Virus record (IMG/VR): IMGVR_UViG_3300022752_005293
Location: 1 to 59,675 of that record
DNA length: 59,675 nucleotides
Direction: 5' to 3' (one strand)
DNA from: a virus
Lineage: Duplodnaviria; Caudoviricetes
Of the stretch, positions 28,434-39,372 are shown one piece after another (within the stretch, counting starts at the first letter, position 1; each line of letters starts with the position of its first letter). The notes under the pieces were generated by a model. That model had not been told where the DNA came from. It did not search any database and saw nothing but the letters and a program-made list of their open reading frames with translations. A program made the translations under genes and the position numbers.

Positions 28434-29099
28434 ATGATAAAAAATAAATACTATATCTGGTATTTTAATCTTATAGAAAAAGCAAAAAAAAGAAATAATT
28501 TACAAGAATATGAAACACATCATATAATACCTAGATTTGCAGGTGGTTTAGATGATGATAATAATTTAGTACGTTTATCCTACAGAGAGCATTACATTTG
28601 TCATAAGATACTAACTAAATTATACGCGGGGCCTTTAAAGGCAAAAGCATTTTTGTCATTACATAGAATGTGTTTTGCTAAAAAGTATGGTTCACCTTCT
28701 AAATTATATGAACAATTTAGAAAAGAATTTATTAAGCATTTAAAAGAATATCATCCTTCTAGATTAAATCCTGAATCTTGGTCTCAAACTTGTAAAATAA
28801 ATGCTAAAAAACAATGGCAAAATAACGAAGAAAGAAGAAAAAACTTTTCTGATAAAATGAAATCTCTTTGGAAAGAGGGAAAAATTACGCCAGAAATGTC
28901 AAGAAAAAATGGTAAACATAATAAGTTTGGTATTTTAAATCACAAAACTATAGAAATAGAATATAAAGGAAAAATATATTATGGTTATAGAGAATTAGAA
29001 GAAGCGACAGGAGTAACTGGATATCTATATATAAAATATTACAAACATGGGATAGATCCTGAATCTAGAATAGGTAAGAATGGCCCTGTTCCTAAATAA
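28434..29099 (+). mobile_element. Free-standing HNH homing endonuclease
   Basis: YETHHIIPRFAGGLDDDNNLVRLSYREHYICHKIL HNH motif plus basic C-terminal DNA-binding region; inserted upstream of gp47. Confidence 0.85.
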
Positions 29100-29128
29100 C
29101 TTAAGATTATATCTTGAAAGGAGGTCGT

Positions 29129-30176
29129 ATGAAGATTTGTCTTTTAGGCGACACGCATTTTCGGTGTTAGAAATGATTCTAAAACATTTCATAATTATTA
29201 TAAAAAATTCTACAATCTATTCTTTGAATATGTAGATAACAACGAAATTGAAAATATTATTCAACTGGGTGATTTATTTGATAGAAGAAAATACATAAAT
29301 TTTTTAACATTATCTGAATCAAAAAAATATTTCTTTGATAAAATTGAGGATAGAAGTATTCGTCTAGTCTCCTTACTCGGTAATCATGATATTTTTTGGA
29401 AAGAAAGTTTATCAGTCAATTCACCTGATCTATTACTTGAAAACTATAACTATATTGAAATAGTTAGAAAACCGAGTACCATTAAAATACATAATACAGA
29501 CATAGATATTATTCCTTGGATTTGTAAGGAAAACGAAGAAGAGGTTTTTGAATTCGTAACTAATTCCAAATCCAAAGTATGTATGGGGCACTTTGAACTA
29601 TCTGGGTTTGAGATGATGAAAGGAATCCCTAAGTATGATGGCATTGACGGTAAATTCTTAAGCAATTATACTAAGGTTTTTAGTGGGCATTATCATACAG
29701 CATCATCAAAGGGTAATATAACTTATCTCGGCACACCTTATGAATTGACGTGGTCTGATTATAAGGATCCAAAAGGGTTTTACGTTTTCGATACAGAGAC
29801 TAATGAAGTAGAATTTATTAAAAATCCATTTTCTATGTATGAGAAAATTTACTATAATGATGAAGAGCAATTAGAAATAGATTATAATAATTTTGAGGAA
29901 AAATTCTTAAAAGTTATTGTTGTCAATAAAACCGATTATTCTAAATTTGATACTTTGATAGACAATCTCTATAAGATAAACCCCGCCGAGATAAAAATTA
30001 TCGAGGATATGTCTGAATTTGAAAGTTCATCTGTTGATGATAATTTAAATCTAGAAGATACTATGACATTACTATCTGAGTATGTGGATGGCATTGAAAC
30101 AGATGCAGACAAAGTAAAATTAAAAACTCTACTCAGAGAATTATATGTCGAAGCACATGACTATGAGGAAACATGA
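29129..30176 (+). CDS. gp47: Recombination endonuclease subunit gp47 (Mre11/SbcD-like), interrupted by a +1 frameshift at codon 11
   Basis: AAGGAGG RBS, MKICLLGDTHF then TAG at 29168; +1 frame continues stop-free GVRNDS...QLGDLFDRRK...LGNHD...GHFEL...FSGHYH (348 aa if corrected). Confidence 0.9.
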
Positions 30177-31885
30177 TTCACTTTAAAACTATTCGCTGGC
30201 GTAATTTTTTATCAACAGGAAATCAGTTTACAGAAGTATCATTAAATAAATATCATACCACATTAGTAATAGGTGAGAATGGTGCCGGCAAGAGTACTAT
30301 TCTTGATGCTATTTGTTTCGGCTTGTTTGGTAAAGCGTTTAGAAATATTAATAAGCCTCAACTTGTAAATTCGATTAATCAAAAAAATTGTACTGTCGAA
30401 ATTGAATTTAGTATTGGGAAAAAAGAATATAAAATTATACGAGGTATGAGACCAGGCATATTTGAAATATATCAAGATAATATTCTATTGAATCAAGATG
30501 CAGCTGTAAAAGATTATCAAAAGTATTTCGAAGATAAGATTTTGAAGCTTAATTTTAAATCTTTTACTCAGATTGTTATACTTGGATCAGCTTCCTTTAC
30601 TCCTTTCATGCAATTAGCACAGGGAATACGAAGAGAAGTAATAGAGGATATCTTAGATATTCAAATTTTTAGTGTAATGAATACTATATTGAAAACTCGT
30701 ATAACTGAAATGCGAGATAAAATAAGAGAAATAGATTCCAAAATAGAAATAGGAAAACAAAAAGTTAAGTTGCAACAAGATTATATTAAACAACTAGAAA
30801 ATGATCTTAAGAAAAGAAATGAAGATATACAATTTAAAATTGATAAAGCCTACGAAGATATCCAACTCCTTGAAGAAGAGAATAACCAAATCACGGGACA
30901 ATACAACATTCTCTCGAATTCGGTTAAAGATGATAACGAGATCAATACCAGAAGAAATGAGATGGCATCTCTTTACAAATCATTGCAAGCAAGAATTAAA
31001 AAAGTTGAAAGTGATATCTTATTCTACGAAGAACATGACTCATGCCCGACTTGTTCTCAAATTATACCTACAGAACTTAAAACTATTACAATCGGCAAAC
31101 ATACTCACAAAAAAGAAGAAATCGGTAATGCAGTTAATACGCTCTACAACAAAATGCAAGAGGTTGAAAATAGAGCTAATGAAATCATTGAAACAAAACA
31201 GCAAATCGTTACACTACAAACAAGTATCACAGAAACAAACGCAAAAATTATTGCACAACAAAAATATATAAAAGCGTTACAATCAGAAACTAAAGATGAA
31301 GCTGATTCAAAAGACAGTTTGACTAATGCCAAGGGGGCACTCAAAGATATTGCCAAAGAAGTAGTATCAATCTCAGAAAGTAAAAGTAAACTCAAAGAAG
31401 ACTCGTATTATTTTGACGCCGCTTCCACACTACTCAAAGATACTGGAATAAAGACTAGAATTATAAAACAATACCTGCCAGTTATTAATAAATTAGTAAA
31501 TAAATACCTAACAGCAATGGACTTTTTTGTTTCATTTGAATTAGATGAAGCATTCAATGAAACAATTAAATCAAGACATAGAGATGACTTTAGTTATGCA
31601 TCATTCTCTGAAGGGGAAAAACAAAGAATAGATTTGGCATTACTATTCACTTGGAGAACTATTGCCAAGATGAAAAATAGTGCCGCTACCAATCTATTAT
31701 TATTGGATGAAGTATTTGATTCCAGTCTTGATTCCAACGGTACTGAATTTGTGATGAATTTACTTAATACATTAGGTGAAGATGTAAATGTGTTTGTGAT
31801 CTCACATAAAGGAGATCAATTGCTAGATAAATTTAAGAATCAAATTCGTTTTGAAAAATATCAAAATTTTTCTAGGATAGTGTAA
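30173..31885 (+). CDS. gp46: Recombination endonuclease subunit gp46 (Rad50/SbcC-like ATPase)
   Basis: GENGAGKST, CPTC zinc hook, FSEGEKQRIDL, LLLDEVFDSSLD, VISH. Confidence 0.96.
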   Translation: MIHFKTIRWRNFLSTGNQFTEVSLNKYHTTLVIGENGAGKSTILDAICFGLFGKAFRNINKPQLVNSINQKNCTVEIEFSIGKKEYKIIRGMRPGIFEIYQDNILLNQDAAVKDYQKYFEDKILKLNFKSFTQIVILGSASFTPFMQLAQGIRREVIEDILDIQIFSVMNTILKTRITEMRDKIREIDSKIEIGKQKVKLQQDYIKQLENDLKKRNEDIQFKIDKAYEDIQLLEEENNQITGQYNILSNSVKDDNEINTRRNEMASLYKSLQARIKKVESDILFYEEHDSCPTCSQIIPTELKTITIGKHTHKKEEIGNAVNTLYNKMQEVENRANEIIETKQQIVTLQTSITETNAKIIAQQKYIKALQSETKDEADSKDSLTNAKGALKDIAKEVVSISESKSKLKEDSYYFDAASTLLKDTGIKTRIIKQYLPVINKLVNKYLTAMDFFVSFELDEAFNETIKSRHRDDFSYASFSEGEKQRIDLALLFTWRTIAKMKNSAATNLLLLDEVFDSSLDSNGTEFVMNLLNTLGEDVNVFVISHKGDQLLDKFKNQIRFEKYQNFSRIV

Positions 31886-32439
31886 TGTTCATTATTAGAA
31901 AAGATCAATTAAAACTTGTAGACCCATCTGATTGTCTGTTAAAAAAGAAACCAGAACCTTATTTGTTTGATAAAGACGGTGACCCCCAATATCTCATAAA
32001 TGTTTTATTTGATAAAATGCATGAATTTGGAGGTATAGGATTAAGCGCAAATCAAGTAGGTATGGATAAAAGAATGTTTGTTATGGGCGGTGATAAATCT
32101 TTAGCTGTTTTTAATCCAGTAATTTTAGAATATCATACGGATACAGAATCTTTTAAAGAAGGGTGTCTAACCTATCCTGGTCTGTTTCTTAATATAACTA
32201 GACCTAAATCAATAAAGGTAAAGTTTCAAGATAAATTGGGCAATAATGTATTTGAGGAGTTTATAGGGTTAACAGCTAGAGTTTTCCAGCATGAATATGA
32301 ACACATGGAAGGAAAGAATTTTACTGAAAATGTTTCCAAATTAAAATTAGATCTAGCCAAAAAAAGATACGATAATCTAAAGAAAAAAATAATAAAAAAA
32401 CACGCAGTAAAAACTATGATAAATGCGATTAATAATTAG
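31885..32439 (+). CDS. def: Peptide deformylase
   Basis: GIGLSANQVG, EGCLT, QHEYEHMEG motifs. Confidence 0.92.
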   Translation: MFIIRKDQLKLVDPSDCLLKKKPEPYLFDKDGDPQYLINVLFDKMHEFGGIGLSANQVGMDKRMFVMGGDKSLAVFNPVILEYHTDTESFKEGCLTYPGLFLNITRPKSIKVKFQDKLGNNVFEEFIGLTARVFQHEYEHMEGKNFTENVSKLKLDLAKKRYDNLKKKIIKKHAVKTMINAINN

Positions 32440-32459
32440 TAAAATAATTTAGAAAAATA

Positions 32460-32488
32460 TTGACATCTGTTACTTTACAATATATAAT
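32460..32488 (+). promoter_or_regulatory. Consensus sigma70 (early) promoter
   Basis: TTGACA-17 nt-TATAAT with A/T-rich upstream element. Confidence 0.88.
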
Positions 32489-32511
32489 AAAGTATATTGT
32501 AAGGAGTCGTT

Positions 32512-34683
32512 ATGTCCATAAGTAATATTGCCAATCCAAAATCTATCTTAGCTAAGCTTTTGGCTCAAGAAAATCTTTTTGTAGAACATCGCAAGGTTTC
32601 GACAGCATCCTTTGATCCAAAAAACAGAATTCTTACTTTGCCTACGTGGAAAGAAATGAATTCTGATCTGTATGACCTACTAGTAGGTCATGAAGTAGGG
32701 CATGCTTGGTATACTCCCCCGGTTGGCTGGCACAATGCTATTGAGGAAAAAGGAAAAGGATTTAAATCATTCCTTAATGTTGTTGAAGATGCTCGTATTG
32801 AGAAATTTATTAAAAATAAATATCCTGGTCTCCGAGCACCCTTTTATAGAGCATACAAGGGGTTATTTGATACCAATTTCTTTGGCGTGGAAGAAATAGA
32901 TTTAGATGAACTGCCCTTAATTGATAGATTAAATTTACATTTTAAGATTGGTTCCTTTCTAAATGTTCCTTTTGATTCTAATGAATATTATTTCATAGAT
33001 AAAATGAAACTGTTAGAAACCTGGGATGATGTATATAATCTAGCTTTAGAATTATATTCTTTTCATAAAGAAAATCCTACAAAAACTGAATTTGATGATT
33101 TGTATACTGAAGCCCCATCTCGTTTTAACGAGGAAGGTGATTCTATAGATGATGAATACGAAGATGATTTTGGTACAAAAGCAAGTCTTAGCAACGATGA
33201 AGATCCTGAGTCTATTACCGACAGATGCTTTAGAGAAAAAGAATTATCCCTATTGTCGGATGATATGCAACCAAATGTGTATGTAAATTTACCCAAAGCT
33301 GTACCATCTAAATTTATAATCAAATACAACGATTTATTTAATCAAATAGATTTCTCGTTGTGGGATAATTATGAATCCCATATAAAAAATACTCCGTATT
33401 ACGAAGATTGTCAACAAAATGAATTTATTCAAAAAGAATTAAATTTATTGAATAAATCTGTATTAGTACAAGAATACAGAGATAAAAATATGAAGTTTAT
33501 TATGTATTTAGTTAAGGAATTTGAATTAAAAAGAAATGCTGCTCAATTCATGCGAGCAAGTATTTCTAAAACTGGAGAGCTTGATACAAATAAAGTATGG
33601 TCTTACAAGTTAAAAGATGATCTCTTCAAGAGAGTAACAAAGTTACCTAACGGAAAAAATCATGGCATGGTTATGTTTGTGGATTGGTCTGGTTCTATGA
33701 CAGATAATCTGACTAATACTTTAGAACAAACTCTTGTACTTGCAGATTTTTGTAAAAAAGTAAGTATTCCCTTTGAAGTATTTGCATTTTCGGATACTAA
33801 TGCTGTTAGAAAAATGATGGTTTCTCTTAAACCAATTACTGAATTTAACGATTTCTCTAAACGAGATAAAGATTTGGGATTGTCTGGTAGACAATTTGCT
33901 TTATTGAATATTTTATCAAGTAAAATGACAAAGACAGAATATAGAAATGCACAAATTCGTTTACTGCAGTATGCGAAGTTAATGGATTCCGGTTTTAGGA
34001 GATCCGACAATTTATCTTTCGGTGTTAGGTCATTTATCAATCAAGTTAGAAATAGTAGTATTCCCTCAATTTTAAGTTTAGGGGGCACTCCATTAAATGA
34101 AACTATTCTAGTAGCTAACTATTATGTGCCAGATTTTAAAAAGTTGAATAAGTTAGATGTTGTAAATACTATTATCTTAACTGACGGAGAAGGAGTTAAT
34201 ACTCCATACTACATTATGGGAGGGAAATTAGTTCATTTTGGAGGATCAAAATCAAATACTTATAATTTGATTATAAAGGATACAGAATCCGGATTAACAA
34301 CAGTATCTAAACCAAATGAGCCTATTACCGCAGCATTACTAAGAATGCTAAAAATTAGATCGGACACTAATCTTATTGGTTATTATATTTCCAATTATTC
34401 TATTAGATCAACTTCAGTTAGACTTGCAAATGAGTATGGACATAATATTGATGCAGATGAAGTTTCAAGACAAGCGAAAAAATTTAAACATTATTGTTTA
34501 GAAAATACTGGCTATGACAAATATTTTGTTGTTCAAAATAAAGATATGGAAATAAAGGATTCAACTATTTTAGTAAGCACTGATGCAAGTAAACGAGAAT
34601 ATTTAAAAGCATTTTTATTAAATCAAAAGAATAAAATTTTAAATAGAGTTCTTTTGAATAAATTTGTAGATCAAATTGCTTGA
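32512..34683 (+). CDS. CobT-like VWA-domain protein with N-terminal HExxH metallopeptidase-like domain
   Basis: GHEVGHA, NVVEDARIE; MIDAS DWSGS, GGTPL, ILTDGE; partner of downstream AAA+. Confidence 0.8.
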   Translation: MSISNIANPKSILAKLLAQENLFVEHRKVSTASFDPKNRILTLPTWKEMNSDLYDLLVGHEVGHAWYTPPVGWHNAIEEKGKGFKSFLNVVEDARIEKFIKNKYPGLRAPFYRAYKGLFDTNFFGVEEIDLDELPLIDRLNLHFKIGSFLNVPFDSNEYYFIDKMKLLETWDDVYNLALELYSFHKENPTKTEFDDLYTEAPSRFNEEGDSIDDEYEDDFGTKASLSNDEDPESITDRCFREKELSLLSDDMQPNVYVNLPKAVPSKFIIKYNDLFNQIDFSLWDNYESHIKNTPYYEDCQQNEFIQKELNLLNKSVLVQEYRDKNMKFIMYLVKEFELKRNAAQFMRASISKTGELDTNKVWSYKLKDDLFKRVTKLPNGKNHGMVMFVDWSGSMTDNLTNTLEQTLVLADFCKKVSIPFEVFAFSDTNAVRKMMVSLKPITEFNDFSKRDKDLGLSGRQFALLNILSSKMTKTEYRNAQIRLLQYAKLMDSGFRRSDNLSFGVRSFINQVRNSSIPSILSLGGTPLNETILVANYYVPDFKKLNKLDVVNTIILTDGEGVNTPYYIMGGKLVHFGGSKSNTYNLIIKDTESGLTTVSKPNEPITAALLRMLKIRSDTNLIGYYISNYSIRSTSVRLANEYGHNIDADEVSRQAKKFKHYCLENTGYDKYFVVQNKDMEIKDSTILVSTDASKREYLKAFLLNQKNKILNRVLLNKFVDQIA

Positions 34684-34708
34684 AATAAAATACTAAATAC
34701 TTTATAAT
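34680..34708 (+). promoter_or_regulatory. sigma70-type promoter upstream of CobS-like gene
   Basis: TTGAAA-17 nt-TATAAT, AAGGAG RBS follows. Confidence 0.7.
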
Positions 34709-34727
34709 TTATTAAAGGAGCTATATT

Positions 34728-35900
34728 ATGAAAATTACTGATCTTCAAAAGAAACAGATTGTATCTGAACTTAAAAGTATTTTTGGTAAATCTGTATCTC
34801 GTAAAACCCTTATTTCACATTTTAAAGATAAAAATCTTGCTATTCCTAATTGGCTAGTAAATGGTATTCAATATCGTTTAGATAGAGGTCTTATAAATCT
34901 AGAACATGATAATCTTATGCCTGAACAGAATAATATCGTAGAAACGCAATCCGAAACTATTGCTATGCAAGCACAAGTTGTTCCATTGCGCCAAAAGAAA
35001 CTACTTACGGAAGTAGGAGATCTTGTCCCGTCAAAAGATGAAACTTATGTTCCTTTTGGTTATTTTAAAGATTTAGAATCCATTATTAAATCTAAAATTT
35101 TTTATCCTCAGTTTATTACTGGTCTTACGGGTAACGGAAAGACTACTATGGTAGAACAAGTATGCGCTAAGTTAAAACGAGAATGCATTCGTGTCAATGT
35201 TAGTATTGAAACAGATGAGGATGACCTGGTGGGGGGATCAACTCTAATTGATGGCAATGTTACATTTCGTGAGGGCCCTGTAATCACTGCTATGCGAAGA
35301 GGAGCTATCTTACTCATTGATGAGATCGATAGAGGCAGCAACAAGCTAATGTGTATTCAAGGTATCCTAGAGGGCAAACCGTACTTTGTAAAGAAAACAG
35401 GCGAAGTTATTACTGGTGTACCAGGATTTAATGTTATCGCAACAGCCAATACAAAAGGTAGGGGCACAGATGATGGCAAGTATATTGCAGCACAAATCCT
35501 TGATGAAGCTTTTCTTGAGCGTTTCCCCATTACTGTAGAACAAGAGTATCCTTCTTCTATTGTTGAACGTAAAATTATTATAAATAACATGAATGTTATG
35601 GAATGCACGGATGAAGATTTTGCAGACAAATTAGTAAATTGGGCTGAAATCATTCGTAAAACATTCTTAGAAGGTGCTATTGATGAAATTATTTCTACTC
35701 GACGCCTTGTTCATATTGTAAAAGCATATTCTGTTTTTAAGGATAGGCAGAAAGCTATTAATTTGTGTATTAATCGTTTTGATTTAGATACTAAACTAGC
35801 TTTTCTTGATCTTTATCAAAAAATGGATCTGCCTAAAGATCAACAAGTGATCGAGCAATCAACTCCTGAGAACAAAGTTGAGGAAGAAATTCCATTTTAA
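34728..35900 (+). CDS. CobS/MoxR-like AAA+ ATPase
   Basis: GLTGNGKT, ETDEDDLVG, LLIDEID, ATANTKGRG, LDEAFLERF, ISTRRL. Confidence 0.9.
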   Translation: MKITDLQKKQIVSELKSIFGKSVSRKTLISHFKDKNLAIPNWLVNGIQYRLDRGLINLEHDNLMPEQNNIVETQSETIAMQAQVVPLRQKKLLTEVGDLVPSKDETYVPFGYFKDLESIIKSKIFYPQFITGLTGNGKTTMVEQVCAKLKRECIRVNVSIETDEDDLVGGSTLIDGNVTFREGPVITAMRRGAILLIDEIDRGSNKLMCIQGILEGKPYFVKKTGEVITGVPGFNVIATANTKGRGTDDGKYIAAQILDEAFLERFPITVEQEYPSSIVERKIIINNMNVMECTDEDFADKLVNWAEIIRKTFLEGAIDEIISTRRLVHIVKAYSVFKDRQKAINLCINRFDLDTKLAFLDLYQKMDLPKDQQVIEQSTPENKVEEEIPF

Positions 35901-35908
35901 GGAATTAA

Positions 35909-36664
35909 ATGTTTGTACTAGATAATTTTGTTGTAATGGAATCAATGTATGGTAAATTTATAATCCCAAGACATTATACTCCAGGTCCCCCTACTCCGGA
36001 TCCAGCATCTACTATGCTTCGTACTGGAAAAACACATATTGAGGACGAGGTGCAAAATATTTTATATCTCGTTTCTCAATTACCAGACAATTCTATAGTT
36101 GTAGATGGTGGTGCAAATATGGGATTTTTTACTATCCCTGTTGCCCAAGCTTTGAAGAATAAAGGTGGCAAAATTATTTCTTTTGAACCGCAAAGGCAAA
36201 TTTATTATGCCCTTTGCGGTTCTTGTGCCTTAAATGAATTAGAAAATGTCTTTGTTCAAAATTTAGGTTTAGGTGAATCACAATCTATTGCTGAAGTATC
36301 AGATATTGATTACAGTGATAAAGTTGATTTTGGTATGGTCACTTTATCAGATAATGTCACTAAGAAAGAGCATGCTTTCTTAAGCAACAAAACTGTAAAA
36401 GTAATAACTTTAGACTCTATGGAGCTACCTAGTTTAGAATTTTTAAAGTTAGATGTGGAGGGGTATGAATGCCAAGCATTAAGGGGCGGATTAAAAACAT
36501 TAGAAAAATTTAGACCTATTATATGGATTGAGTATAACATGGCGGGCGAGAATAATATAAAAGAAGTTCTAAAGAGTGTGCAAAAATACAAATTTTTAAA
36601 AGTAGATTGGCAGAATATGCTTTGCATACCAGAAGAACTATGCAGTAGGTATAATATTAAATGA
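35909..36664 (+). CDS. FkbM-family SAM-dependent methyltransferase
   Basis: VDGGANMGFF, SFEPQ, FLKLDVEGYE. Confidence 0.88.
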   Translation: MFVLDNFVVMESMYGKFIIPRHYTPGPPTPDPASTMLRTGKTHIEDEVQNILYLVSQLPDNSIVVDGGANMGFFTIPVAQALKNKGGKIISFEPQRQIYYALCGSCALNELENVFVQNLGLGESQSIAEVSDIDYSDKVDFGMVTLSDNVTKKEHAFLSNKTVKVITLDSMELPSLEFLKLDVEGYECQALRGGLKTLEKFRPIIWIEYNMAGENNIKEVLKSVQKYKFLKVDWQNMLCIPEELCSRYNIK

Positions 36665-37446
36665 CCTCTTTAGTTCTTCATACGCATACTGGGCTCGGAG
36701 ATCATTTAATAACTAATGGTATGACTCATGCATTTGCTGAAAGATATGATAAGGTATACGTGATACATTTAAAAATGTTTACCGAATCTATTCAAGCTTT
36801 ATACAAGGGCTTTGATAAAATAGAAACAGTAGCTTTTCCAGATAAGGATATTAATTTATATCAAAGAGATAAAATTGCAGAATTAGCCAAAGACACTAAC
36901 TCAGAATTGATAAGTATCGCCGATCCATTTTTATATTATCCGAAAAGATTAGTATTAAATAAAGATAATGAACCGGTATTTATACATACTGCAATTAATT
37001 TTGATAGACAGTTTTATGAACTGGCAGGCATGCATTTTTCAATTAGATATGATATGTGTAAAATACCAAATAGCACTCAAAGATCAAAAGAAATACTCAT
37101 GGATCTAACTAAAGGACAAGATTTTAGATTAATTCATAATACGAGTAGTCAATCTAGTACTGGGTATCCTGTTAATATAGATATGGATTCACCTTTTACA
37201 AACCTGCCTACAATAGAAATTAGACCTGGTATTTCTAATAATATTTTTGATTTTGTGGATTTGATAAAAAATGCAAAGGAAATCCATACGGTAGGCAGTT
37301 TTTTTCATAATTTAGTAGATTGTATGACGGATAAAACGTCTGCTAGACTAGTATTTCATAATATTATGATGAAACACGAAACACAAATTAATTGCTTTTG
37401 GAATAATAATAGATGGTTGCAGATAGATTATAACAATAAATATTAA
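36661..37446 (+). CDS. Hypothetical glycosyltransferase-like protein
   Basis: HTHTGLGDHL, FDRQFY, IKNAKEIHTVGSFF resemble GT9/GT-B-like signatures; sugar island context. Confidence 0.5.
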   Translation: MTSLVLHTHTGLGDHLITNGMTHAFAERYDKVYVIHLKMFTESIQALYKGFDKIETVAFPDKDINLYQRDKIAELAKDTNSELISIADPFLYYPKRLVLNKDNEPVFIHTAINFDRQFYELAGMHFSIRYDMCKIPNSTQRSKEILMDLTKGQDFRLIHNTSSQSSTGYPVNIDMDSPFTNLPTIEIRPGISNNIFDFVDLIKNAKEIHTVGSFFHNLVDCMTDKTSARLVFHNIMMKHETQINCFWNNNRWLQIDYNNKY

Positions 37447-37460
37447 TTTAATGGATTATT

Positions 37461-38462
37461 ATGAAACGTGCGTTGATTACAGGAATAACCGGGCAGGATG
37501 GATCTTATCTTGCCGAACTACTTCTTAATAAAGATTATGAAGTGCATGGTATAGTAAGAAGATCTTCCAGTTTCAATACCAAAAGGCTAGATCACATCTA
37601 CCATAATAAAAATTTAAAACTTCACTATGGTGATGTGACTGATTCGTTGTCCTTAATAACTCTATTGAAAACACATAACTTTAATGAAATTTATAATCTT
37701 GCAGCACAGAGTCATGTAAAAGTTTCTTTTGATACACCAGAGTATACTGGGCAAGTTGATGCTATTGGCACACTTAGAATATTAGAAAGTGCTCGTTTGT
37801 TGAATTTACCCTGCAGGATTTATCAAGCATCTACTTCAGAACTTTTTGGATTAGTTCAAGAAGTACCTCAAAAAGAAACAACGCCTTTCTATCCTAGATC
37901 TCCATATGGTGTAGCAAAATTATATGCATATTGGATAGTAAAAAATTATAGAGAAGCATATAATATGTTTGTCTGTTCTGGTATTTTATTCAATCATGAG
38001 TCGCCCAGAAGAGGTAACACATTTGTTACGCAAAAAATAGTTCAGGGTCTTAAAGCTATAAAAGAGAGCAAAACAGATAGACCAGTTATGATGGGCAATC
38101 TCAATGCTATGAGAGATTGGGGGCATGCCAAAGATTATGTTGATGCTATGTGGTTGATGCTGCAGCAAAATAACCCCGAAGATTATGTAATAGCTACTGG
38201 CAAAATGTATTCTGTTAGATTTTTTGCGGAATTGGCTGCTTCATATTTTAATATGGAAATAGAATGGCAGGGAGAAGGCCTAGATGAAATTGGAATTGAT
38301 AAAATATCTGGCAGAACGGTGATTGCTGTAGATAAAAAATATTTTAGACCTGCAGAAGTAGATCAGTTATTAGGTGATGCATCTAAAGCGAGACTATGCC
38401 TAGGATGGCAACCTAGATATGATATTTATTCTTTAGTTGAGGATATGTGTATAAATGGATAA
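37461..38462 (+). CDS. gmd: GDP-mannose 4,6-dehydratase
   Basis: [69 protein letters not shown]. Confidence 0.97.
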   Translation: MKRALITGITGQDGSYLAELLLNKDYEVHGIVRRSSSFNTKRLDHIYHNKNLKLHYGDVTDSLSLITLLKTHNFNEIYNLAAQSHVKVSFDTPEYTGQVDAIGTLRILESARLLNLPCRIYQASTSELFGLVQEVPQKETTPFYPRSPYGVAKLYAYWIVKNYREAYNMFVCSGILFNHESPRRGNTFVTQKIVQGLKAIKESKTDRPVMMGNLNAMRDWGHAKDYVDAMWLMLQQNNPEDYVIATGKMYSVRFFAELAASYFNMEIEWQGEGLDEIGIDKISGRTVIAVDKKYFRPAEVDQLLGDASKARLCLGWQPRYDIYSLVEDMCING

Positions 38463-39372
38463 AAATAGCAGAATTTATGTAGCAGGTCACAACGGTTTAG
38501 TTGGGTCTGCCTTAGTCAGGGCTTTAGCAGTTCAGGGATATAAACATATCATTATGTCTGATAGCAGAGCAACTAATCTAATTAACAGATCAGAAGTTGA
38601 TCGTTTTTTCAATTGGAATAGACCTGAATATGTTTTTCTTGCTGCAGCAAAGGTAGGAGGAATACTTGATAATAGTATAAAGCCAGCAGAATACATTTAT
38701 AATAATTTGATGATTCAATGTAATGTGATAGATGCTGCATATAATTATGGGGTCAAAAAATTATTATTTCTTGGCTCATCTTGCATATACCCTAAACTTG
38801 CCAATCAACCAATAACAGAAGATCAATTACTATCCAGTTACTTGGAACCCACAAATGAAAGTTATGCTTTGGCAAAAATTGCGGGATTAAAGATGTGTCA
38901 AGCATATAATAAACAATATAAAACCAATTTTATATCTTGTATGCCCACTAATTTGTATGGACCAAAAGATAATTTCAATCCTCTTTCTAGCCATGTTGTT
39001 CCTGGACTAATTAGTAAATTTTTATCTGATACTGATGAGGTAGTTTGTTTTGGCGATGGTTCACCAAAGCGAGAATTATTGTATATAGATGATATGGCGG
39101 ATGCTTGTATATTTTTGATGAATAACTATAATGAAAATCAAACTATAAACATTGGTACGGGTGAGGATATTTCAATAAAAGAATTAGCGATTATTATAAA
39201 AGAGCTTACTAATTATAATGGTAATATTGTATGGGATACAACTAAACCAAATGGCACTCCTCGTAAGGTTTTAGATGTATCGAGAATTCATAATCTAGGT
39301 TGGAAACATAAAACTTCTTTAAGAGAGGGGTTAATGAAAACTATACAGTGGTATAGGGAAAATAAACTATGA
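38455..39372 (+). CDS. fcl: GDP-L-fucose synthase-like epimerase/reductase (Fcl/WcaG; may act as ColC)
   Basis: [50 protein letters not shown]. Confidence 0.92.
   Translation: MDKNSRIYVAGHNGLVGSALVRALAVQGYKHIIMSDSRATNLINRSEVDRFFNWNRPEYVFLAAAKVGGILDNSIKPAEYIYNNLMIQCNVIDAAYNYGVKKLLFLGSSCIYPKLANQPITEDQLLSSYLEPTNESYALAKIAGLKMCQAYNKQYKTNFISCMPTNLYGPKDNFNPLSSHVVPGLISKFLSDTDEVVCFGDGSPKRELLYIDDMADACIFLMNNYNENQTINIGTGEDISIKELAIIIKELTNYNGNIVWDTTKPNGTPRKVLDVSRIHNLGWKHKTSLREGLMKTIQWYRENKL

Noticed and set aside
28200-29128. Group I intron around the HNH gene
   Set aside because: Flanking genes are not split by it, and no P7/conserved core elements or sufficient structured sequence are visible
29583-30176. 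197-aa ORF as a standalone gene
   Set aside because: It is the C-terminal part of gp47; the same frame is open from 29160 and carries the upstream nuclease motifs
32512-35900. Cobalamin biosynthesis (cobaltochelatase CobST) function
   Set aside because: No CobN or other cob genes; phage CobS/CobT-like pairs are better described as MoxR AAA+/VWA partners
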